From: Candidatus Marsarchaeota archaeon
GTDB taxonomy: Archaea > Micrarchaeota > Micrarchaeia > Micrarchaeales > Micrarchaeaceae
Assembly: GCA_023485545.1 (NCBI GenBank)
Contig: JAMCZI010000005.1
Span: 967 to 64,966, forward strand
Direction: 5' to 3'
Length of the DNA: 64,000 nucleotides
The notes beneath the pieces were generated by a model, which saw only the letters and a list, made by a program, of their open reading frames with translations, was not told the DNA's origin and made no database searches. Both the position numbers and the translations under genes were made by a program. Shown here piece by piece: positions 57,313-64,000 of the stretch (positions are counted from its first letter, which is position 1; each line of letters starts with the position of its first letter).

Positions 57313-59304
57313 ATGCGGTATTATATCGGTGGTATGGTGCTCGGAATAGCCCTTGCCGGAGTGGTGCTGAGTTTTGGCGGCGTATACGCTTTCGTCCCGA
57401 TAGTCATAATAGTAATACTTATAGCTGCCGCAGCCGGGCTTTCGAGGGGGGCCAGCATATTCAGCGCATTCGGGATAGGCGCCATAATAGGCTTGGGCGG
57501 CTCATTCGGCGGCGGGGGGCGCGGCAAGGCGTTGCACAAGCAGGGATACGGCGGCGGCGCAGGGCAGAGGAACGCTGCAAAAGGTAGATTGCAGGGCAAG
57601 AAGTTCGGCGCCAAAGACCTTAAGAAGGCTGGAGGAATGCTAAAGAAGGGTGCTACAGCCCTTAGGGCTAAGAAGCTGTCCTCGAATTCGAAGCTGACAA
57701 GCGCACTCGCAGAGAAGGGCAGGGAGGCACTCGCGAAGAAGGGCATGCCGACAGACATAATCGAGGGAGCGGCAGCCGGCGGCATAGGCTTTTCTACGAT
57801 GGCCGGCTCAAAGGTGCTGAAGAGGCGCGACACCGCCGCTAAGGCAAAGGAGGAGGCCAGAAAGAAGCTTGTCCTGGCTCAGGAGGCGGCAGCAGGCTAT
57901 GGTGCCCAGGGATCCGCAAAGGGTGCGCCGCTCGCTGCTCCGTCATCAAAAGGCGGCCCTGAAAATCTAGGTTTGCTCGAGAAGCACAAGATAACAAAGA
58001 TGGGCGAAAAGGCAGAAAAGACAAAGGAGAAGCTTGAAAAGGATGTTAAAAAGGCCGAGTTCAAGTCGCTTGGCAAGGAGGCAAAGCACGCAGTTGCAGA
58101 GAAGAAAGCCCTTTACGAGGCACTGGCAGCCACGCTCGGCACTGAGGAGGCCAAGAAGCTGATGAAATCGGCGAAGGAGAGCGTGGGCGGGGCCAGCAAT
58201 ACCGAGAGCACCAGCAGGGCCCTCGAGCGCCAGGAGTCCAAGCTCAAGAAGAGGCAGGACGCCTACTTTGTGCAGACATCAAAAGCCGACAAGCTGCTCG
58301 AGGAGCTCAATAGCATAAAGGCGATGAACAACGGCAAGTTCGTGAAAGGCGTAGCTTACGGCGCTTCTGAAAAGCACGAACTTAGCAAGCAGCAGAATTA
58401 CCTTAAGCAGATAAATAAGAAGGTAGAGCCGGAACTTTACGAGAAGGAAGCAAGGAAGCTCGAGGAGATGAAGGGGACATTTGTGCACTCCAAGGTGCTT
58501 GACGACCTGAAGAAGTCGCAGGGCGAGGAGATTAAGGCCTTAAAGAATAGGCAGGAGGCTGAGAAGAAATCATTCATGGAAGCCAGGAAGGCAGATCTCA
58601 AGAGCGGCGCGTCGCCGAAAGGGCAGGTCAAGTCGGATTCGGTGGAGTCGCTCTCAGGCCTTGAAGCCCGGCAGCGTGCCGCAATGAGTGAGCTTGAGGC
58701 GAAGCACAAGAAAGAGCTTTCCGACCTGTCGAATTCGCAGGTTGATGCCGCGCAGAGAGAGCGGCTCAGGCTCATATCCGCAAGTCCGGATCTTATGCTC
58801 AAGCGCATAGACGACCAGATAAACAAGCTGGAGAAGTCCATGAGCGCATACGTCTCGGCGCAGCCTGCTGCCTCAAAGGGTGAGGGCTTCAAAACGGTAT
58901 CTGATGAAAATGCCGAAACCAACCTGCCTGGCGCACAGCGTTTGGCAGAACTGAAGCGCTATCGTGATGCAATATCATCAGAGAAGAAGGATTTCCTTGC
59001 CGGCAGCGCAGCAGACCGCGAAAAACTCCTGGGCGCGACTTCGGCTCTGCTTAAATCCGAGTCTGTCGTCAGCTCTGCAAAAACTGGTGTTGCCAAGGAG
59101 CTCGGCAATCCAAGCGATGCGCCGAAGAACCTGCGCAAGATGAAGGAAAAGAAGAGCGCTGATGAGGAAGCCGAAGCAAAGAGGATACGCGACGAAGTTG
59201 AAGCCGAGCGTGAGAGGAAGGCAGCTGAGGCAAGGGAGCTTGCAAAGAAGAAGGCTGAAGAAGAGCAGAAGAAGAAGCCTTCTGGTGGCAAAAGCCAGCC
59301 GTGA
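57313..59304 (+). CDS. Membrane-anchored Lys/Glu/Ala-rich coiled-coil protein
   Basis: 2-3 N-terminal Gly-rich TM segments, then ~580 aa of charged helical sequence. Confidence 0.7.
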   Translation: MRYYIGGMVLGIALAGVVLSFGGVYAFVPIVIIVILIAAAAGLSRGASIFSAFGIGAIIGLGGSFGGGGRGKALHKQGYGGGAGQRNAAKGRLQGKKFGAKDLKKAGGMLKKGATALRAKKLSSNSKLTSALAEKGREALAKKGMPTDIIEGAAAGGIGFSTMAGSKVLKRRDTAAKAKEEARKKLVLAQEAAAGYGAQGSAKGAPLAAPSSKGGPENLGLLEKHKITKMGEKAEKTKEKLEKDVKKAEFKSLGKEAKHAVAEKKALYEALAATLGTEEAKKLMKSAKESVGGASNTESTSRALERQESKLKKRQDAYFVQTSKADKLLEELNSIKAMNNGKFVKGVAYGASEKHELSKQQNYLKQINKKVEPELYEKEARKLEEMKGTFVHSKVLDDLKKSQGEEIKALKNRQEAEKKSFMEARKADLKSGASPKGQVKSDSVESLSGLEARQRAAMSELEAKHKKELSDLSNSQVDAAQRERLRLISASPDLMLKRIDDQINKLEKSMSAYVSAQPAASKGEGFKTVSDENAETNLPGAQRLAELKRYRDAISSEKKDFLAGSAADREKLLGATSALLKSESVVSSAKTGVAKELGNPSDAPKNLRKMKEKKSADEEAEAKRIRDEVEAERERKAAEARELAKKKAEEEQKKKPSGGKSQP

Positions 59305-59333
59305 CGCAAGGAAAACCAAGCCTTCTCTCGAGC

Positions 59334-60071
59334 TCACTGGAAACGCTTGGCCAGCACGTCCCCTATCTCAGCACCAACAGTTATTTCCGGCATGACCATT
59401 CTAAGCGCGCCGGCGCTCCCTATCTTGGATATGTCGTCTTCGCTGCTTACCCTCGACACTACTTCTATGGAAGGGTTGGCGGTCTTTGCGGTTATTGTTA
59501 TTAGCGCGTTCTCTATGTCGCTGTCGCTGCAGGCAACAACCCTCTTAGCCCTTTCGGCCCCAGCATCTATGAAAGCGTCAACAGATTTGATATCCCCAAC
59601 TACTGACAATATAGAATGCCTGTGCATCTCCATCCTGTCCTTTTCGCTTGCGACGACAACTACCGCGTCCATTTTTTCCTTCTTCATCTCCTGCGCCAGA
59701 TAAATTGAAAACCTGTTGTAGGGCGCAAGTATCACGTGCCCACCGACCTTTGCAACCTTTGCATCTATTATTCTGGAGCGTATGTTGACCTTCTTTATGA
59801 AATTGAAGAATAGCGTCGCAAGCACTACAGTAAGCAGAGCGAAAGCTATGGTGTCGAGTATGTCTGCTGTAAGTATGTAAGCGTTCTCCCCGAGGCTGAA
59901 CGGCAGGAGGAGGGGATAGGAAACGTTAAGCATGCTGAGGAGGTTCCACACCAAAGCAATGTAGAATTTCACTCCTGAGGCGAGAGTGAGAAGCAGGGCA
60001 GCTGCGAAGAGTATTATTATGCTGTAGAAAAGCATGCGCATCCTGCCAAGTGCTATTGCCACAAATCTCAC
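59334..60071 (-). CDS. 2-TM channel-like protein plus RCK (TrkA-N) domain, no GYG filter
   Basis: TM-pore-TM then HVILAPY..., VGD, AGAERAK, DIENALITITAK, MPE. Confidence 0.75.
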   Translation of the reverse strand: MRFVAIALGRMRMLFYSIIILFAAALLLTLASGVKFYIALVWNLLSMLNVSYPLLLPFSLGENAYILTADILDTIAFALLTVVLATLFFNFIKKVNIRSRIIDAKVAKVGGHVILAPYNRFSIYLAQEMKKEKMDAVVVVASEKDRMEMHRHSILSVVGDIKSVDAFIDAGAERAKRVVACSDSDIENALITITAKTANPSIEVVSRVSSEDDISKIGSAGALRMVMPEITVGAEIGDVLAKRFQ

Positions 60072-60835
60072 CTGAAAAGCTTCGATACTATATAGTTGCC
60101 GAGCTCGACTCCCGCAACTATCTCAGGCACGACGCACTGGTCGGCCCCTGCCCTGTGCATCTTAGTAACTGTGTACTCGTCTTTCACGCGCGTTATGACT
60201 TTTATCCTGCTGTTGAGATGCTTGGCTGAAATCACGCCCATCATGTTGTCGAAGTCGTCTCTCGCGTCGAATATGATTGTTTTTGCGTTCTCCACATACG
60301 CCTTCCTGAGCACGTTCTCGGATTTGAAGTCGCCCTCTATTGTCTGATAGCCGAGTGCCCTTAGCATCTCAGCATCTGCTTCGCTGTCCACTATCACTAT
60401 GAACTTCCTTTTCTGCGCCGCCAGCTCTGCGCAAAGCCTTTCTGCGAGCATCGAATACCCGCATATTACCGTGTGGCCGCTGATCCTCTTGGCAACGATT
60501 CCGGCAAGCTTTGATTTTATATCTATGTCGGACATTATGTTTATGAAAGACGCCATAACCAGGCCGATTATTACTATCTTCACCACTCCGTCTGCGGCTA
60601 GGATTAGGATAAGCCTGTAAAACTCTAGGGTGAAAGGCGCTATATAATTGGTAATCGGGGTAATCCCTTCAGCATCAAATATCGATAGGAGCGAGTAGTA
60701 GCTGGCGTTGTATACGTTTCCTGTAATAGTATAAAACTCCAGTATGGAAAATGCGGTAAAAGCTATGCCTATTGCGGTAAGCACCACAAGGGTGAGCCCG
60801 GCAAGTCTCTCCTCCTCCTGTTTCTTTCCTTCCAT
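60068..60835 (-). CDS. 2-TM channel-like protein plus RCK domain, no GYG filter
   Basis: TM-pore-TM then HTVICGY, IEGD, DDFDN, AGADQCVVPE. Confidence 0.75.
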   Translation of the reverse strand: MEGKKQEEERLAGLTLVVLTAIGIAFTAFSILEFYTITGNVYNASYYSLLSIFDAEGITPITNYIAPFTLEFYRLILILAADGVVKIVIIGLVMASFINIMSDIDIKSKLAGIVAKRISGHTVICGYSMLAERLCAELAAQKRKFIVIVDSEADAEMLRALGYQTIEGDFKSENVLRKAYVENAKTIIFDARDDFDNMMGVISAKHLNSRIKVITRVKDEYTVTKMHRAGADQCVVPEIVAGVELGNYIVSKLFR

Positions 60836-60838
60836 AAA

Positions 60839-61273
60839 TCAACCAGCATCGTTTTTCTTGAGTTCGCTTATTATCTCCCTGCTCGCAGCCTTCTGCGGCA
60901 TCACTATGTAGTCCGCTCCAGCCTCTATGAGCTTCTCCCTGACGAAATCATCATTGGCCCTGGTCACTATGAAAATCTTCTTGTTGAGATCCCTGGCAGT
61001 CAGCACTGCGAAAAGGTTCTTGGCGTCGTTGTCCATCACTACCGCTATCGCCTTTGCTCCAACTATGCCAGCATCCTTAAGGGTCTTGGAGCTTGTTGCA
61101 TCCCCTTTGACGACTTTAAGCCCCTGCTCCTCTAGCTTCCCGGTGAGCGAGTCGTTGTTGTCCACTATGATGAAGTCTATCATATGCTCGCCTAGAACTT
61201 CGCCTATTTTCTGGCCTACGACTCCATAGCCGCAAATTATTATGTGGTCCTTCTCCTGCTTGAAGCTCGCCAT
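60839..61273 (-). CDS. Stand-alone RCK/TrkA-N protein
   Basis: HIIICGYGVVG, GDAT, DNDAKN, AGADYIVMP. Confidence 0.85.
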   Translation of the reverse strand: MASFKQEKDHIIICGYGVVGQKIGEVLGEHMIDFIIVDNNDSLTGKLEEQGLKVVKGDATSSKTLKDAGIVGAKAIAVVMDNDAKNLFAVLTARDLNKKIFIVTRANDDFVREKLIEAGADYIVMPQKAASREIISELKKNDAG

Positions 61274-61402
61274 GATAATAGTTGGAATGCCTCATTTATA
61301 AATCCTTATTGCGCAGCGTCAAGCATGCGGCATTTGCAGAAAAACTAGGAACCTGTGATGCGCTCTGCAGCACCGACGGATTTTGGCGCAACTTATCCCT
61401 AT

Positions 61403-61475
61403 TAGTCCCACCCAGATTCGAACTGGGGTTTGCAGGTCCAGAGCCTGCCGTCCTTGACCACTAGACGATGGGACT
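61403..61475 (-). tRNA. tRNA-Gln(CUG)
   Basis: AGTCCCATCGTCTAGTGGTCAAGGACGGCAGGCTCTGGACCTGCAAACCCCAGTTCGAATCTGGGTGGGACTA; archaeal A1-U72. Confidence 0.93.
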
Positions 61476-61530
61476 GCGCACATATAATTGCAGCAACATA
61501 TTTTATACATTTGTGGGCAAATAAGAATTT

Positions 61531-62472
61531 ATGGCATCCGCAAAGGCCAGAAGAGCCAGTTCAAGGCAGGCGCAACCCCACAACGCAAAAGCCAACCTCA
61601 TCGAAGGGGTGGGCGTGATAATAGCGGTCCTCGCGTTCCTGCTGCTCGGCATATACCTCTCTACAAGCGTGTTTCACATCATACCGGACAGTTTCTCAAA
61701 GCTGATATATGCAGCAATAATCGGGATAACAGTATTCGCCGTACTTCGGATATTCACAAGGATACTAGAGTCAAGGCTCACTAGGGCGACGTCGCAGGGG
61801 CGCGCAAGGCCGATAGTGCTGATAGTGAACCTTGTCGGTTACTTCATACTTGCACTATTCGTGCTCTCGGCGCTTGGGATAAACACCTCCTCCGTGCTGC
61901 TTAGCGGCACCATAATAGGCGCAGTGGTGGGACTGGCCTCGCAGAATGTGCTGTCAAACATATTCGGCGGAATAATGCTCATCTTTGTAAAGCCCTTCAA
62001 GGTGGGCGACAAGGTGGAAGTAAGCACATGGCAATACGGAGTGATGCTCACACTAACGCCTCCAAAGTATTTCTCCAGGGATGAGATCAAGAACGGGTAC
62101 AGAGGCACAATAGAGGACCTCACCCTGATGTATACCATAATAAAGGACAAGGACAACGAGCACATAAAGATACCGAACAGCATAATGGTCCAGGCAGCTA
62201 TTGCGATATCGAGTTCTACGCACATGCTCAACGTGCGCTTTGAGATCCCAAAGTCAATACCATTCAGCAAAATCAGCTCCGACATAGAGAAAGCCGTCAG
62301 GGCTGCGGCAGGCATAAAAAATGCGCCAAGCATAATTGTAGAAGAGACTACCGTTCTAACGTACCTCCTCCGCATAAGCTTTGAGTGTGAAATCGAAATG
62401 GAAGAAAAGGTCAAAAGCGACATACTGCAGAGCCTTATCACGATAACGGAGCCGCTGAAACCAAAGAACTGA
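61531..62472 (+). CDS. mscS: Small-conductance mechanosensitive channel
   Basis: VVGLASQNVLSNIFGGIML..KPFKVGD, IPNS. Confidence 0.9.
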   Translation: MASAKARRASSRQAQPHNAKANLIEGVGVIIAVLAFLLLGIYLSTSVFHIIPDSFSKLIYAAIIGITVFAVLRIFTRILESRLTRATSQGRARPIVLIVNLVGYFILALFVLSALGINTSSVLLSGTIIGAVVGLASQNVLSNIFGGIMLIFVKPFKVGDKVEVSTWQYGVMLTLTPPKYFSRDEIKNGYRGTIEDLTLMYTIIKDKDNEHIKIPNSIMVQAAIAISSSTHMLNVRFEIPKSIPFSKISSDIEKAVRAAAGIKNAPSIIVEETTVLTYLLRISFECEIEMEEKVKSDILQSLITITEPLKPKN

Positions 62473-62480
62473 GTGTCTTC

Positions 62481-63167
62481 TTGCGCAGCAACGAAAATAC
62501 AAAGAGGGAAATAAAGGACATAGTGATAGCTGATGCTGTGCTCATAATAGCGTTCTCCATGACGTTATCCGGCGGCATATTCGGCCTTTCAAGAGGTTCT
62601 CCATTAGGTTTTGCAGTCCTTATACCCGCGGTGGCGCTCGGCGTCTCGCTCAGCTTCATACTGCACGAGCTGATGCACAAGTTCGTCGCACAGCACTATG
62701 GCGCCATAGCCGGGTTCAGGACATCGTATAACGGCCTGATAGTGACGCTTCTCACTGGGGCGTTCGGCTTCCTGCTCGGGATACCCGGAGCGACTATGAT
62801 ATATACAAACAGCTTCACTAAGCGCGAAAATGGGATAGTCTCACTCGCTGGGCCGCTCACCAATTTCGTTGTATTCGGCATCTTCGTCGGGCTTCTTTTC
62901 GCGCTCAATCCTCCCAATGGGTCATACTTAGGCTACGCGATAAATCTGACGATATTCATAAGCATACTGCTAGCATTCTTCAACATGCTGCCGATATACC
63001 CTCTTGACGGAAGCAAGGTGCTCGCGTGGAACAAAGAGGCCTACTTCATAACGATGGGAACGATATTTGTGCTGATGCTCGCCTTCCATGTAATAGGCCT
63101 GATAGACATAATATTCATGATAGGCATAGCCATATTCTTCTCGCTCTTCTACAGAAACATGATGTAG
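62481..63167 (+). CDS. Site-2 (M50) intramembrane metalloprotease
   Basis: HELMH, AGPLTN, FNMLPIYPLDG. Confidence 0.9.
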   Translation: MRSNENTKREIKDIVIADAVLIIAFSMTLSGGIFGLSRGSPLGFAVLIPAVALGVSLSFILHELMHKFVAQHYGAIAGFRTSYNGLIVTLLTGAFGFLLGIPGATMIYTNSFTKRENGIVSLAGPLTNFVVFGIFVGLLFALNPPNGSYLGYAINLTIFISILLAFFNMLPIYPLDGSKVLAWNKEAYFITMGTIFVLMLAFHVIGLIDIIFMIGIAIFFSLFYRNMM

Positions 63168-63215
63168 CCAAGGCTTTCCGGAAAAATATTTATTACAGCG
63201 CTGGCATATAATATC

Positions 63216-63476
63216 ATGCAGATAAGGAAGGAGTATTCAACCAGCTCTGGAAGGCTGTCCGTGCTTGCGGAGGTGTCCGACGGCAGGATTGAGGAGATAA
63301 AGCTTGAGGGCGACTCAGCTGACGACTCCTACCTTGAGATGCTCTCGAAACACCTAATAGGAAGAAAATACGAGATAGGTGACCTCGAGGCTGCGATGCT
63401 TGAGCTGTCGCTCTCGGGAGTTGTGCCGAGAGGCTTCAACGAACAGGAGCTTGTGGAGGCTCTTCTTGAGGGCTGA
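63216..63476 (+). CDS. Lipoate-protein ligase C-terminal domain protein (LplB-like)
   Basis: GRLSVLAEVSDGRIEEIKLEGD...LSKHLIG pattern. Confidence 0.55.
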   Translation: MQIRKEYSTSSGRLSVLAEVSDGRIEEIKLEGDSADDSYLEMLSKHLIGRKYEIGDLEAAMLELSLSGVVPRGFNEQELVEALLEG

Positions 63477-63487
63477 ATGGTGATGTT

Positions 63488-63643
63488 ATGGCGATGGCCA
63501 ACAACAAGGTCGAATGCGTAGTCTGCGGAAACAAGTTCGACTACAGCAGGATAAGCGCTTTTTTTGCGGGTGCGAAGAGCGGCGCAAAGAGGTACATACG
63601 CTGCCCGGTATGCAGGACGTGGGCAAGCTTTACCAAGCCCTAA
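63488..63643 (+). CDS. 51-aa Zn-ribbon microprotein (not in the ORF track)
   Basis: MAMANNKVECVVCGNKF...RYIRCPVCRTW; GGTGA RBS upstream. Confidence 0.7.
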   Translation: MAMANNKVECVVCGNKFDYSRISAFFAGAKSGAKRYIRCPVCRTWASFTKP

Positions 63644-64000
63644 TCTGAGAATTTGTCAACTGCTTTTTCCAGTATGAGCCTCCTGAGCTTTTGGGCAGTG
63701 TCTTCCCCGAACCCTTCGAGCCTGATGATATCCAGCTTCCTGTCGGACTTCTTCACGCTGAACTTTTCCCCCTTTTCAAACTTTTTCAGCCTGACTCCGT
63801 CGCATTCGAGGAATCCCTTGTACCTGACTACTACAACTTCTATGCTGCTGCTGTCAGGCACTATGACAGGATTGCGAAGCGGCCCATCTGGGTTGAGGAG
63901 AGTGATGCACAGCGCATCTGGGTCCATTATTATTGGCCCTCCCGCGGCCCTGTTGTACGCTGTTGAGCCTATCGCACTCGTGACTAAGACACCGTCGCCA
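63640..64000 (-). CDS. nadK: NAD kinase, C-terminal part (5' end outside the window)
   Basis: Reading frame open to the window edge: GDGVLVTSAIGSTAYNRAAGGPII; CDG. Confidence 0.85.
   Translation of the reverse strand, partial: GDGVLVTSAIGSTAYNRAAGGPIIMDPDALCITLLNPDGPLRNPVIVPDSSSIEVVVVRYKGFLECDGVRLKKFEKGEKFSVKKSDRKLDIIRLEGFGEDTAQKLRRLILEKAVDKFSD

Noticed and set aside
1..64000. CRISPR arrays, rRNA, IS elements, reverse transcriptase/DGR, alternative genetic code
   Set aside because: No such repeats or motifs seen; conserved genes are full length under the standard code

Overview
64 kb of a gene-dense archaeal chromosome, most consistent with a DPANN Micrarchaeota/ARMAN-like lineage (inference). 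The evidence is archaeal-type SAM synthetase, aIF5B, class I CCA enzyme, Trm1, Nre, class III signal peptides, GGTGA ribosome-binding sites, tRNA-Gln with A1-U72, and a T-loop tRNA intron. Most of the window is housekeeping, tRNA-maturation, glycosylation and surface-protein genes, plus five tRNAs (Gly, Ala, Leu, Thr, Gln; two with introns, none encoding CCA). The main candidate for a new system is an AT-rich, co-oriented 9-ORF block at ~14.7-22.1 kb. It encodes a VirB2/TrbC-like pilin, a CedA/VirB6-like membrane protein, an apparently split VirB4/CedB-like ATPase, a second HerA/VirD4-like ATPase and small membrane proteins, with no relaxase or integrase: a Ced/Ted-like DNA-transfer or secretion machine in a DPANN symbiont. 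Second is a three-gene MthK/RCK-like channel operon whose two pore subunits both lack the TVGYG filter. Other oddities are tRNA structural variants, modular pilin-anchored adhesins, a ~2030-aa surface protein, a C39-like peptidase with Ser at the catalytic Cys, and a bacterial-type HMG-CoA synthase. All family calls come from motif recognition by eye, not database searches. No CRISPR, rRNA or transposase was seen.
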